From contig NW_025963779.1 of NCBI RefSeq assembly GCF_023055435.1, positions 21,638,001 through 21,702,000 on the forward strand: a stretch of 64,000 bases of DNA. The letters run 5' to 3'. This DNA comes from Haliotis rufescens (taxonomy: Eukaryota). The first letter of the stretch is position 1. Every line of letters begins with the position of its first letter. This document shows, piece by piece, positions 51,248 to 64,000 of the stretch. The position numbers were made by a program, and so were the translations under genes. The notes below the pieces were generated by a model. That model had not been told where the DNA came from and ran no database searches. It saw nothing but the letters and a program-made list of their open reading frames with translations.

Positions 51248-51897
51248 TGTGATACGGAAAAATTGTATTCAGCACTCTATCGACCCCGGGACTTCAGCGT
51301 GAAAGCAATCGTTTTATAGCGTTTATGGGAGACCCAAACGCCACATACAAGGCAGTAATGCTTTAATACAACCTCATAAACTCCGTGACAGAGAACGTCA
51401 GAAGCACGGGAAGCTGACATGTCTGACTATCGCGACATCATTAACGCATAAATGGGATCAGAGCAAGGGAGATAACTGCAGCAGTCAACGATTCTCAGTC
51501 AACCCGGGCGGTTTTGCACGTGCATAATTCAGCAAGAATAATACGGAAAACACGTGCTTAACGTGATCCTCTATAAACTGAATGCGAAACAATGTCTTTG
51601 AATTGCTTCTCCCTCCTCCCAATGTGGGAGACAGTCGCATACCTCACTCAACAGGTGGGCGGTCGCGTAGGCCGACGTTGGCTAACGTGACCGGGAGGTA
51701 ATGTAATATGACATTTCAGTACATTCCAGAACATCATGGTGCCGTGGATAGCATTCGGGTCTAGGAGATGATATGTGGGAAATGTTTATTGCAGGTGGAT
51801 CCTGTTTGTGAAACCATCATTTATAAACATACCTCCACTCCACAATCCCCAGCAGATGACGAACATCACAGCGTACCAGTATGTTTCAAATATATCA

Positions 51898-52049
51898 GGG
51901 ACGGAGGGTAGCCTAGTGGTTAAAGGGGTTGCCCGTCACGCCGAAGACCAAGGTTCGAATCCCGACATGGGTGCACAATATGAAGCCTATTTATCGTGTC
52001 CCCCGCCGTGATATTGTTGGAATATTGCTAAAATCAGACTCACTCACTC
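51898..52049 (+). mobile_element. SINE family A, diverged
   Basis: GGTAGCCTAGTGGTTAAAG...GGTTCGAATCCC...CCCCGCCGTGATATTG. Confidence 0.88.
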
Positions 52050-52664
52050 ATATATATCCCATGGGTGCTTATACATATTCAACTTCAAACTTCAGGCCAG
52101 GGGAGTATTTGTAGGTTGGAAGAGTGGTTAAGACTGGGATTTAAAATCGGAAAATCTCATGCCAAAAACGAAAGAGAATATATCTTAAGGTTTTAACTAA
52201 AAAATATATCGTCCACTGGACATGCTGGATGTCATTAAATAGTATTGTGGATCAAAAAAATGCTTGTCTCCCCACTTCTAATAAAAAAAACATTGTTTGT
52301 CTTGAAGCGAGGCGTAAAAAAATATATTCTCAAGTGAAATCCCATCTTATCTGAACCTTGTGATTGGAACAAGATGGTGATTTCTTTAATCACTGGAATT
52401 AGTGATGCGTTCTTAAGCACTCATTTGATTCTATGTGTTCCATTGTAAAGGCACAGAATTGATGAAATCACACATACAGAATCTTGACAAGACGCGTACG
52501 TTCTTCAATGTAAGTAGACATGATGTCTGAGTATTTCAGGACCAACAAACATCGATAGCAATGCGACTTTGAGACTAATAGTAAATGATACGTGAAACGA
52601 CTGAAGGACTGCAAGAATGTTGTTTAACGCCCGTACGACGTGCGGTCCTTGTTCTCGCCCAGAT

Positions 52665-52815
52665 NNNNNNNNNNNNNNNNNNNNNNNNNNNNNNNNNNNN
52701 NNNNNNNNNNNNNNNNNNNNNNNNNNNNNNNNNNNNNNNNNNNNNNNNNNNNNNNNNNNNNNNNNNNNNNNNNNNNNNNNNNNNNNNNNNNNNNNNNNNN
52801 NNNNNNNNNNNNNNN
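52665..52815. other. Assembly gap
   Basis: Run of N. Confidence 1.
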
Positions 52816-52862
52816 GGACTGATGCCGATATACTACTACTCAAAAGTAGCTGAAGAACACAA

Positions 52863-52941
52863 AATTCTTTCATATTACTATAGTTAATCTGTCACGGCTT
52901 CTCATGGCTTGACAGATTAACTATAGTAATATGAAAGAATT
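52863..52941. repeat. Perfect 32-bp inverted repeat with a 15-nt loop
   Basis: AATTCTTTCATATTACTATAGTTAATCTGTCA pairs with TGACAGATTAACTATAGTAATATGAAAGAATT. Confidence 0.95.
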
Positions 52942-53752
52942 CGGTGTCCTTTAACTTCTTTCGACTGGAATACAAACTAAGTCTTGTTTCACAACACATG
53001 AAAAGAAATGTTTTCGATGGATAGTTTTCTTCTTAATTCAATAAAAAAAATCATTTTGATCACAACTGAACTTCTATTTTTTTATGCCTCCGAATCGAAA
53101 CTCGGATGAGATATGAACATGCAAATGTATAAACAATTACACGATGGGAAACAAGATGACTGTCTCGCATATCGATATTACTAAATGTCAGAGGGCAACT
53201 GGCATTCTCGGGTATATAGCAGCTACTAGCCACAGGACAACAGATACAGTGGATGGTTTATATCAGACACGATACACCGCTTCCTTGTAGCAACAAATGA
53301 TCTGCTGAAACAGCAAAATTAGGCGGAGACAAATCTGCAGCCCCCAAACCGAGATTAATCATCTCCGTGGTCTGACTTCATCAGTCCTATAACGGGAGCA
53401 GGTGGGTGATCCCACCTTGAGAGGAGCTGGAACAAACATAACAGAAAAAAATACCCAGCATCTCCTCGTTTATAGAAACATGATTCCTTTTGTGAAACGT
53501 GTTTATAGTAACTGTCTACGTGGGCAGGGTCAACAGGTAGGTGTTGTGCAAGCTGTATCTAACAGGTGATTGTTGTATAACAGACCTGTGCATAACACAC
53601 TGAACATACGGATCTTGTTCGTCAGATTGTTTTGTGATGAGTGAGGAGCTGTACGATGTGATGGGAACAAACTCCAGAGGGAATTATGTTAACAACGTAG
53701 ATGAACAGGTCTTATGTCGTTTGAAATCCCCTTCTCCTTCAATTATTTTATA

Positions 53753-54609
53753 TACTCAACCGCAAAAGAAACGTCACCATGGACAGATATATGAGAAATC
53801 TTATTTGTCCAAACACTGTAAACATACTTTGAGACATATTAAAAGGATGAAACTTGGCAAAACTGATCACCAAGGTTGAAATTAAAGTGTCAAATGCTCT
53901 TAAAGTGAAACACAACACTAGTCTCTGAGAAAATGTCATCACAAGTCAGTATCTCGTGTGTCTGCCATGTGCATTGAAGACTGCCGTGCAAAGTCGATAC
54001 ATGGAATGGATGAGGCGGTTGATGAAGGCCATAGGCACTAGAGCCCACACTCTGAGGAACGCCTGACGCAGTTCAGCTGCAGTTGTCGGCCTTGGTCGGA
54101 CGTCATTCAGCCGTCTTTGAATCTCGTTTCACAGGTGCTCAATGGTATTTAAATCGGGACTGAGGGCAGGCCACTGCATGGTTCTGATGCCATTCTGCTG
54201 GAGGAATTCTCGTGTTGCTCTCGCAGTGTGGGCACGGGCATTATCATGCTGAAACTCGTGGTTGAGGCGACGTGCCAAATAAGGTATGGCGTGTGGTCTC
54301 AAGACTTGATAAATGTACCGAGCTACTGTGACACTATTGCCTCTTCCTGGACCGATGTTCTGAAAGACCACAGGGCCGAGCCTCTGTGCAAGACCAATTC
54401 CACCCACACCATGATGTTCGGACCGCCCCACGAGTCTGTTTGGGTGATCGGTTTTATTGTCATCTGCTTTGTTTTTCTATCATCAAATTTCATTTTTCCG
54501 GACAAGGTAATGTTAAATTGTAGAAACTTTGACAAAAAGTACCCAGATATTTAAATGACAACTTTTCATGCAATGTTACTTTGGGTGACGTTTCTTTTGC
54601 GGTTCAGTA
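53753..54609 (-). mobile_element. Internally deleted Tc1 (DD34E) transposon
   Basis: 26-bp TIRs TACT(C/G)AACCGCAAAAGAAACGTCACC, TA on both sides; C-terminal transposase remnant HDNA-(34)-E with WPALSPDLNTIEHL, ending GRHTRY* near 53946. Confidence 0.95.
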
Positions 54610-54782
54610 TATCATTCAGGAGAAAGGAAGCTGCTATTCCGACGAACAATCAATTCGTTGTGGCCTATGACTTTTCTTATATGGAAGTTAATTTATAGTT
54701 AAACAATGATTGTAACTGCATTACATTGTTTCTGTTGAGATTAAGTAGAAGTTCATTTCATTGTATTTGGACAATGATTAAT

Positions 54783-55300
54783 TGTCAGGAATGTAATACT
54801 ATTTAATGTAAGCAGTGGCGAGGTAGTTATATTTAGATGCCGGAATTATCTATAAACTTCCGGAATAGCATGGATGGTTGTCATGCGTTATAGACACATG
54901 TGGAACATTTTGGGATGACTGGTCTGACACTTTGTAGAATGTGCTGGAAGCTGGTAAGTCTAAATAATTGGAACGGGCGCGTCCCTGTCTCATCTCACAT
55001 TTCATCTGACATTACATCGAGACCAGCTTTCGTGTGAAGATCACTTATCACCCGGATTCCCAGCCTAGGCCCATCTCGGAAACTTGACCACTGTTGCCGC
55101 GAGGTGATTATTATTAAACTTGTCATTGTCATGTCCACTGCTCTCACATTTTATACTGCCACTGAATATTGTACTACCACTCTATTGTGTACTACCATTG
55201 TAATTGCTGTGTAGTAATTTGTATTGATTTGTAAACCTAGTTCATTTTGGGATATAATTGTTGATTGTATACCATATGTTGGTTGTTTGTGGGTTTAACA
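54783..55300 (+). mobile_element. Possible solo LTR
   Basis: TGTCA...TAACA ends flanked by ATTAAT on both sides; 518 bp; no ORF. Confidence 0.35.
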
Positions 55301-55812
55301 ATTAATTATTTTACGTACAGATTTAACATATTGTTTCAATTAGGGAATCGACACATACTTTTGTATACAAGCATTGAACCGACGCCCTTAGTTTCCGGAG
55401 CGTGTGTTCAGTAAAGATGTTATCCAACGTGAGGTGAAACAGGTGCGCGGAGTGGAGAAGAGGTCATATTTACTTTAATTTCCGTTTAGTAGATATTGGT
55501 GTGGACGCTTATGTTGTGGTGCCTGTATTACGACGGAATGGCATCATTAGAGTATGTTGGTATAAAACCTTTACTTGGTGACTGAAAAACATAAATGCTG
55601 TATGGCAAGATGTTCAGACCTGAAGAAAGTATGGCAAGAGGTTGTTCAGATAGTATTGTTAGTGACGTTGTTCCGGCAGAGGAGTTGCATGGCACTATGT
55701 TGTTCAGACATCAGTGCTATATGACAAGATGTTGAGATATTACTGTTGTATGGCCAAATGTTGTTCAGACATTGGGGAAGTATGGCAAAATGTTCAGACA
55801 ATAGGGCTGTAA

Positions 55813-56096
55813 GAGTGTGTGAGTGAGTGAGTTGGGTTTAACGCCGCTTTTAACAGTATTCCAGTTATATCACGGCGTGTCAGCTTAATGTGGGAGGAAA
55901 GCCCGAAGTGATGCTGGTCTCAGACGTTTACCACTTCGGTGAAACCCACGAGCACGGGTATGGTGCTGACAAACCTAGAAACATAATTGGGGCGAACAGG
56001 GATTCGAACCCACAATCATAGGTTTCTGGCGTGCCAAGGGACGCAACTCTGCACAGCGAATCGCGGCGCCTTAGACGACTGGGCCACCCGTGCCCT
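55813..56096 (-). mobile_element. SINE family C, full length
   Basis: TSD AGGGCTGTAAGA. Confidence 0.95.
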
Positions 56097-56196
56097 CAGG
56101 GCTGTAAGACAAGAGGTCCGGATATTAGTGTTGTATGGTAAGGTGTTGTTCAGATAAAGCTGTATGGCAAGAGGTTGGTCAGGAATCAGTGGTGTG

Positions 56197-56287
56197 TGGT
56201 CCAGACTCGATTATTTACAGATTGCCGTCATATAGCTGGATTATTACTAAGTGCAGCGTAAAACAACAAACAAACAAACAAACAAAC
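56197..56287 (+). mobile_element. Family B, 3' tail fragment
   Basis: GGTCCAGACTCGATTATTTACAG...(CAAA)n. Confidence 0.85.
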
Positions 56288-57763
56288 CGTTATTAGAGCT
56301 TTTATAGCAAGAAAGTTGTTCAATTATTACTGTTGTATGACAGCATCTTGTTTGCACATTAGGAAAGTATGGCGAGATTTTCAGATGTAAGGGTTGGTTG
56401 CTAACATGTTGTTGAGACGTACCTGCTGTATTTCAAGATGTATAGAATATATGTAAAGCGGCGTCCTCGTTTTGGACAAGACTATCTTGAAGCGAGTCCC
56501 CTGTCCTGACGTTCATACCTTTACCTTATCATCTACATACACAGGAAACTAACTCAGTTAGAGCTACACGTAGGCGACCATGGCTCGCTGAGTAAGGACT
56601 GACGAAGGAATCTCTGACGTCAGCTGCATATATTATGTTGTGTGCGATCACAAAGAAATGAGAGATGTCTTTTCAATAGAAGGTATTTCGACAACGTCCG
56701 TTGGTTTTATGTGTTTGAACCAAGCTATAGAACCCGCGCCACAGAAGGAAAGGGGTCGACGACATTGTATTCGAGGCTATGTGATCTGTGACTGTCCCCA
56801 TGGTTCTGCTATTCAACAAGCTACGAGTATATAATTAAAATCTTTCTCTGAACACAAGTACAACACTGTTTATATTGACTCAGATGAAACAGTAATATAA
56901 AAACATTCACAGTTGGGTCAATAATATTAAACTCATGCGCATCTTCCCGCGTCTTATTCCCGGTGTCTGTTATGAAACAGGAGACTTTGTAATATAACTC
57001 AGATATTAAGTGCTTTAATAAGATCCTGGCACATTCAAGGGACGCAACTCTACACAGCGAATGTTGACCTTTCAGACGACCTGTATCAATTTGAAACCTG
57101 AGTGAGTTCGCTGACGGTGACTACGCAGACAGGTGTAACGTGAGCTGAGTCTGGGTTCTTACACGAGCAGAACCAACATCTAATTTATGCGTTATGAAAG
57201 ATGAAGGAATAATATTGCTTGTAAGAGTCATCAACTTAAAATGGCTGCTTTGAGGATCTAGTTTATGATGCTCCGCGCAACTGCAGCATCTACCGTGCCC
57301 TTCAACATCAAAAAGATACGGAAATAGATAACACAAGAAATGGCATGAACCAATGACGTTTTTTGAATGATATAGAATCATGTATACTATCAAAGATAAG
57401 ATAATGATAAAACTGCTAGTCGTTCCAGGATGACAGAGTGCCGATGTAATGGCGAATTTTAACTCATTCATTCACAGATTGTCTCATTTGAAAGGTGCTT
57501 AGGTAAATAATATTCAAAGCCATGTTTGACTTAAAATAGATAAACAAAAACAGTCCCCGAAAGGTCATCCGCGTTACCAAGTGCTCCGTACAGCATCCCC
57601 AACCTCGTCCAACTTCAATCGCTGTTCTCTCAAATGGATCCAGCTTCCTGCAGGAACATCAGTGCGAATTTTGAAAGCGAGGAGGCTCAGCGCAGCTTCA
57701 AGCCTTATTCTAACAATTTCACGACCACGGTTTTTTGAAATGATACATGTATAGAAAAAGATA

Positions 57764-58036
57764 TTGATTGATTGATTGATTTGTTGCTTAACGCCGCACT
57801 CAGCAATATTCCAGCTATATGACGGCGGTCTGTAAATAATCAAATCTGGACCAGACAATCCAGTGATTAATATCATGAGCATCGATCCACGCAAATGGGA
57901 TCGATGACATGCATCAACCAAGTCAGCGAGCCTGACCACCCGACCCCGTTAGTCGCCTTTTACGACAAGCATAGTCGCTTTATACAGCAAGCATGGATTG
58001 CTGAAGACCTATTCTACCCCGGCTCCTTACGGGGTC
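57764..58036 (-). mobile_element. Family B, full length, (CAAT)n tail
   Basis: Reverse complement of the 42421 copy. Confidence 0.92.
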
Positions 58037-58742
58037 CCTGGGTGACGTCAGAACGGTCACATGACGTCTAGCTTATCAATACCAATCTCAACTACCTGAC
58101 TGCCATTTTTAGGTGCCCAGGGCTCATCAAATATCGATCAACGTTGACCAGGTTGACATTTCCGACAGTGATTAAACCACTTAATATCTAGTTCCACATA
58201 TCAAACGAAATGAAGTTAATGAAAATGATTAAATCTGTTTCTTCCAACCTTAAAACACATTCGATGATATTCTAGCGCCCATGGCCGGGGGGTTAGTGCC
58301 CTGTCGGTCGCCGTGTTGCTGCACCGCCACAGCCGTTTCCGCTTTCACCTCACTCACGGAGGTTCCCTCAAGTCAGACTATATATAACTAACAGAGGCTA
58401 TAATAAGAACTCCATCAACACTGGGATGAGGAGGAATATGATAAGACCAAGGTCGAGGTCACAAACACCACAGCGCTGTTTGCTACAACTGTCATGATTA
58501 TCGCCATATTGAACGTAAAGGTAATTAGTCTATATGTGCTATGGCGATGATTGTCGTTATCATGTACGGTTTTAATGTATATGTCGTTCAGATATCTGCG
58601 ATTGTATAGCGGATCTTGCATGGGAACTCACAGCACAGTGTAAACATTCGACGTTTTCAAACTTTTTTTCACAGTGTCATGAATTGGGTCAGAGAAATAA
58701 CTAGCTTTCAGTGGCCAGGTGGACTCGTTTTACTTGTGAAGA

Positions 58743-58904
58743 CTGACTGAGTATGGTTTTACGCCGCTTTTAGGAATATTCCAGAAATATCACGGCAGGG
58801 GACACCAGAAATGGGCTTCACCCAATGTACACATGCCGAGAATCAAACCCGGGTCTTCGGCATTACGAGCGAACGCTTTAACCACCTGGCTACCCGACCG
58901 CCCC
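58743..58904 (-). mobile_element. SINE family A
   Basis: TSD TTACTTGTGAAGA. Confidence 0.92.
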
Positions 58905-59180
58905 TTACTTGTGAAGAGAAATATTTTAACCCGTGTGAGTAGAAAAAAAGCAAAGTCGGTAAAATGTGTTATTTTTTACTTTTTACCGGTTAACAAAATC
59001 ACAACTGTTAACGTGGTTGCAGTTCTTGTAATATGTGATTCCTGACATGTCACGGGTGTTTGGCAATGACACCATCACCTACCACTACGACTGCGTTGCC
59101 TTAAGGCATCCCAGGTGTTTCCGGGTGAGAAATGTCCCGAAAAACCCATACTTGCCGAACAAAGGAACTAACTGAATCGG

Positions 59181-59352
59181 GGGGCGGTCGGGTAGCCGAG
59201 TGGTTAAAGCGTTCGCTCGTCACGCCGAAGACCCGGGTTCGATTCCCGACATGGGTACAATGTGTGAAGCCCATTTCTGGTGTCCCCCGCCGTGATATTG
59301 CTGGTAAATCGCTAAAAGCGGCGTAAAACCATACTCACTCACTCACTCACTC
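59181..59352 (+). mobile_element. SINE family A inserted into an older family B copy (about 59115-59540)
   Basis: TSD ACTAACTGAATCGG; the flanks join into a degenerate B sequence. Confidence 0.92.
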
Positions 59353-59823
59353 ACTAACTGAATCGGTGCACAGGCTCGGTGACTTGGTTGATTGTATGTC
59401 ATCGTAGCCCGGAGCAACGTGACGTTGTTCATGATATCAATCACTGGTTTGTGTGGTCCTCGTATGATTATTTACAGGCCGCCGTGATATAGCTAAAATA
59501 TCGCCGAGTGCGGCGTTAAACAAAAAAACAAAGAAATAAACCTTAAGTAAGAAGGATATGGGATGTATAAGCTATAACGATGCATTTGCTTACCACTTAT
59601 TACTAAGCTGTCTCATCGTTTGATGAGAAATGAAAATGTTCAATTCACTGCAACACTCGTTCTAATCAGTCCGCCCCTCGTGGGAGGATCGACCACAGAC
59701 AATCAGCGTGGTAAGACGTCCGTAACCACTGAACTAAAACATACCCTTTATCGGAAACTACCTATAAAGACCACGTATGTTGCCACATACAGATAATGCA
59801 CTGGTATTCCAACGAACATAATC

Positions 59824-60106
59824 GAGTGAGTGAGTGAGTTGGGTTTAACGCCGCTTTTAACAGTATTCCAGTTATATCATGGCGTGGCAGCTTAATGTCG
59901 GAGGAACGCCTGGAGTGATGCAGGTCTCAGACGATTACCACTTTGGTGAAACCTACGAGCACGGGTATGGTGCTGACAAACCTAGAAACATAATCGGGTC
60001 GAACCGGGATTCGAACCCACAATCATAGGTTTCTGGCGTGCCCAAGGGACGCAACTCTGCACAGCGAATCGCGGCGCCTTAGACGACTGGGCCCCCCGGG
60101 CCCCCC
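59824..60106 (-). mobile_element. SINE family C, full length
   Basis: Matches the 47695 copy. Confidence 0.93.
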
Positions 60107-60153
60107 GAACGAAATCGAAACCGCAATATTGGTATTAACAAGTCTTTAATCTC

Positions 60154-60287
60154 AAACACTACGTAAACACTACATAAACACTATATAAACACTACATAAA
60201 CACTACGTAAACACTACATAAACACTACATAAACACTACATAAACACTTCATAAACACTATATAAACACTACGTAAACACTACATAA
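60154..60287. repeat. Minisatellite, 12-bp unit AAACACTACATA, about 11 copies
   Basis: Direct tandem repeat. Confidence 0.96.
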
Positions 60288-60326
60288 GCGATAAGAAGAC
60301 CAGCACGCACACATTATAAAAACAGT

Positions 60327-60402
60327 TGAGTGAGTGAGTGAGTGAGTGAGTGAGTATAGTTTGACGCCGCTTTTAGCAATATTCCAGCAATATCACGGTG
60401 GG
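60327..60402 (-). mobile_element. SINE family A, tail fragment
   Basis: (GAGT)n plus tail; flanked by AACAGTTGAGT repeats. Confidence 0.85.
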
Positions 60403-60497
60403 GAAGAACAGTTGAGTCACATGAAGAATTATGTAAATAAATCGAGATATATGTACTGTATCTTAGTCGGAGCAATGCTGATACAGTGTTGTTAACG

Positions 60498-60701
60498 TTG
60501 TTGTTCGTTTGTTGTTTAACGCCGCACTCAGCAATATTCCAGCTTTATGACGGTGGTCTGTAAATAATCAAGTCTGGTCAAGACAATTCAGTGATTGACA
60601 TCATGAGCATCGATCCACTCAATTGGGATACGATGCATCAACCAAGTCAGCGAGCCTGACCACCCGATCCCGTTAGTCGCCTCTTACGACAAGCATAGTC
60701 G
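60498..60701 (-). mobile_element. Family B, 5'-truncated
   Basis: Ends inside the duplicated head module. Confidence 0.9.
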
Positions 60702-62869
60702 ATACCGGTATTCCTCAGTGAGTTCCTTAGTCATAATACCGGCTCTGTCATTGTAGGGGATGAGCTACGTATACTTAAACGATGTGGACTGAAATTTCAA
60801 CACTATGTAACTGTACCTGGTAACTATGTAAGCAAGGATCTCTTGGAGAGCATGGGAGACAAACTATGCCTAACAACAATCAAAGCCATAAAGTTTGACT
60901 TCACAAAAAACATTTAAGACGCAGGAAAGAGTTAATTGGTTTCATATGAAGAATGGGGTTGATCATCTTCATATGATAGACTAACTTATATGTTGTGAAT
61001 TACATGATGTTTTAACGTCAAATGAGATCAAAGTGAAATTTGTCAAATATTAATCATGTCATGATGTGAAAAAATCTCAAACACGAATATAAATTGAATA
61101 AAACTGAATGTTTTCAAGAGCGTTGACAACCGTTTAACGACGGCAAGAAGAATTTCACTCACTAAATGAAGTAAAAGAAAACATATCGTTTTATGATCCT
61201 GTACAACAACACGCGTTGGAGGTTGGAGTACATAAGACGATGGTCCCTTCCTCCAGCCAGGCTTATCCCTGTTGGTGTTATGATTCCTTCTAACAACAAA
61301 GCAGTGTGGGTCTACCTTCATAACACGGAAGTACTGACGCACCAACTGTTTTTTTTCAGGTCACGAGGAACTAGAACCGACATACGAGGGACGACCTCAG
61401 CTTATAATGTTACCTCAGTACAAAAGCATGAACGTTGTTCTACCATTTAGAACATATCCACTTTGCATATACAATCTGTCAAAAGTATATGCCTACTTTT
61501 GATATTCTTGACAGCTAAACAATCGGGTTCTTCTCAGGGCATCATTTCCAAAATGAGAATTTCATTTTGTAAACAAAACAAACGGTGTTGTCCCCCTGTC
61601 AAGGTGATTTGACGCTTGGGTGCAAAAAGATAGAATTTTACTTACCATTATTGTACATATCCTAGATAGGTCCACAAGTTAGTAAATGCTTCAGACCCTG
61701 GTACAATCGGTAGTAAACAAGTGTTTAGGTGCCCTCTTCCCAACATCCAATCGCTACCTTATTTTTAGAGACGAGCAACCATTTGATCCTCTAGAAGTTC
61801 AGGCGCTCTGACGTAAATTGACGGAACAGTCTATTAACCGGCTAGGGGTGACGCATCACGCTCGGCTTCTAACGTTAATGTAGGCTTGTGTTTTGAAAAA
61901 AGAAAAGATGACGTAGGTTCTCTAGATGTTAAGCCCAATGTGTGAAGTCATTCATCTGCAACAGAGCCAGTGAAGAAACTTCACACTTGTTATCAGATAC
62001 AGTACCGAGTCCCCTACAATATTTATCGACTAGCTCATCTTTCCAGCGAACGATCAACTCAAAATTTCTCTTGGCTATTTATTACGAGCAGCGCGCCTAG
62101 CAACATGTTTTGGTATACCTCGAGGAAAACCTGTATCCAGTCTAACAGTTGATCCCCGCAGTCGGTAGAGACTTCTCACGGAGTCATGCCTTCAAACGAA
62201 ATACACTTTGATACGGCTCGACCAAAATGGGATTCCAGCGCTCCATGACCAGGGCTGATGACTTGGATTCCTGCGCCCTGACCAGGGACGTGTCTTATGC
62301 TGGTTTCTCTGTGTGGATGTTAATTGAATCTGGCTAAACAAATTTGTATTGATCTTCCCCAGTGCTGTTATCGTCAGGTTTTTTCTCAAGTTGTGGACGG
62401 CAAGGTTTGAAAATAACAGCCTAGTGTGAAATTAGGAACATTTAAACGGATCAGTGTTAGTTGAATTTACATTAAGTAGTGCACTTTAATTCGCTCTGAT
62501 AGGTATTTTTCCATTAGCTTATCTTCAGCAGATTGCGTATACAGTCCCCTTGCTATAAAGCTTAATATGTGAATGAGTGGTAACGCCCTCGTCTGTAATG
62601 GTTATATTTCAGCGCATCAAGTTCCCGATAATCTTGTTAATGATCAAATGACCGATTCGATTATTTTGTCTTCGATTCGACATGCATTAGTCAGACGCAT
62701 GCGTAATGAAGAGTTTTTTGTTGAGTGAATGTACTTTGACGCCCCCACAAGCAACAATAATACAATTATACTTATAAGTTATAAGGGCCGCCCGATGTTT
62801 TCACGTTGATAAGGACAATCTGTACTGGCAGCTGATACAAGTGACCTATGTACATCCTTGTCAACCGAG

Positions 62870-63094
62870 GCTTGCAGTGCAAGGCGACTATGCTTGTCGT
62901 AAGAGGCGACTAACGGGATCGGGTGGTCAGGCTCGCCGACTTGTTTGATGCATGTCATCGTATCCCATTTGCGTTGATCGATGCTCATGATGTCAATCAC
63001 TGGATTGTCTGGTCCAGACTCTTTTATTTACAGACCACCGTTATATAACTGGAATATTGCTGAGTGCGGCGTTAAACAACAAACAAACAAAACA
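62870..63094 (+). mobile_element. Family B, 5'-degenerate
   Basis: GGCGACTATGCTTGTCGTAAGAGGCGACTAACGGG...(CAAA)n. Confidence 0.9.
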
Positions 63095-63873
63095 ACCCTA
63101 TCATATATACATGTATGTCACAGTCGACGAGGTGACCAGGTTGTGTCACTATATACAGGTAACCAGGTGACCCATTGCCGTAATTATGTGTCTGGTACAG
63201 GTGTCAAACAAGTTGTTTTCCCCGGCATCTGATCTTGCTGCTCCCTGACGGGATATTGTCGTGCTGGAATATCCACTGGCCCGCGATGGCTCTACTGGGT
63301 ATAGTTGACACTTCTCAATTACATGATAAATAAGGATAATGTACCTCCGATGTATTCTGCGAGTGAAGATAGTTTTCCAAAGAAATTATGAATCCGTTCA
63401 ATCCATCACCTCTATCATCGTCTCACTATCAGAAGCCCTCCCGCTACACCAATGACATTTATGCAGTGCAAAGAAGTGTAACTATCATCACTCAAGATGG
63501 CAGACTTAAAACAGTTAACAGACCATGGAGTGACGCCCTACATCTACACTGTAGGTAATATCATCATACCAGGACGTGTCTCATTTCAAAGCATAGTTAA
63601 GCCAAAGTTACATGCAATCGCCTTGTCATTCTGTAATGAAACTTTAAGCAAAGCGCGTCCAATCCATTGGTCTGTCTTAAAGACCCTGATACAAATATAT
63701 CAAATACAGCCCATGCAAGTCTATAATGTTTGGCAAGTCTAGATTACTGCTGTAAAGAAGGGAGTCTCTGGGCTTCTTTTTATCATATTATTAAGATAAT
63801 TAAACAACTGTTTTTTTTGTACGATATGTTCATTTCAGAGACTAGATGTTAATCTACCGATCCATGTATAACA

Positions 63874-64000
63874 GGTGAGGTGAGGTGAAATTGGGTTTAA
63901 CGTCGCGTCCAAGATTATTGCACTTGCACGTGTATATGTGTGTGGCTGCTTGTACTAGTCCGGACTGATTTATAGTGCTAGCTCACTGAGATACCATGCC
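63874..64000 (-). mobile_element. SINE family D, cut by the window edge
   Basis: (GGTGA)n tail plus D body. Confidence 0.88.

Larger units (their letters stand above)
55598..56400. repeat. Degenerate tandem repeat (TATGGCAAGATGTTGTTCAGA core) interrupted by SINEs
   Basis: The motif recurs roughly every 30-33 bp on both sides of a SINE C copy. Confidence 0.7.

Overview
Repeat-rich, apparently intronic or intergenic eukaryotic DNA. The repeat repertoire suggests a mollusc, probably a gastropod such as abalone (inference). No intact host protein-coding gene, rRNA, true tRNA or CRISPR array could be supported. The window contains: (i) four interspersed SINE-like families, here called A-D, with more than 35 full or partial copies, many with clear target-site duplications and all ending in a related 3' tail; A, C and D have tRNA-derived heads, while B has a non-tRNA head predicted to be structured; (ii) DNA transposon relics: a nearly intact Tc1 transposase at the left edge, an internally deleted Tc1 element, a decayed mariner nested with SINEs, and a MITE with 69-bp TIRs and an 8-bp TSD; (iii) about 11 minisatellite arrays covering roughly 9 kb, one built from a SINE fragment; (iv) a truncated LINE 3' end, a possible solo LTR, a degenerate Penelope-type hammerhead motif, long hairpins and two assembly gaps. 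All long ORFs in the ORF track other than the transposases are tandem-repeat artefacts. Coordinates were counted by eye; family names come from motif recognition, not database searches.
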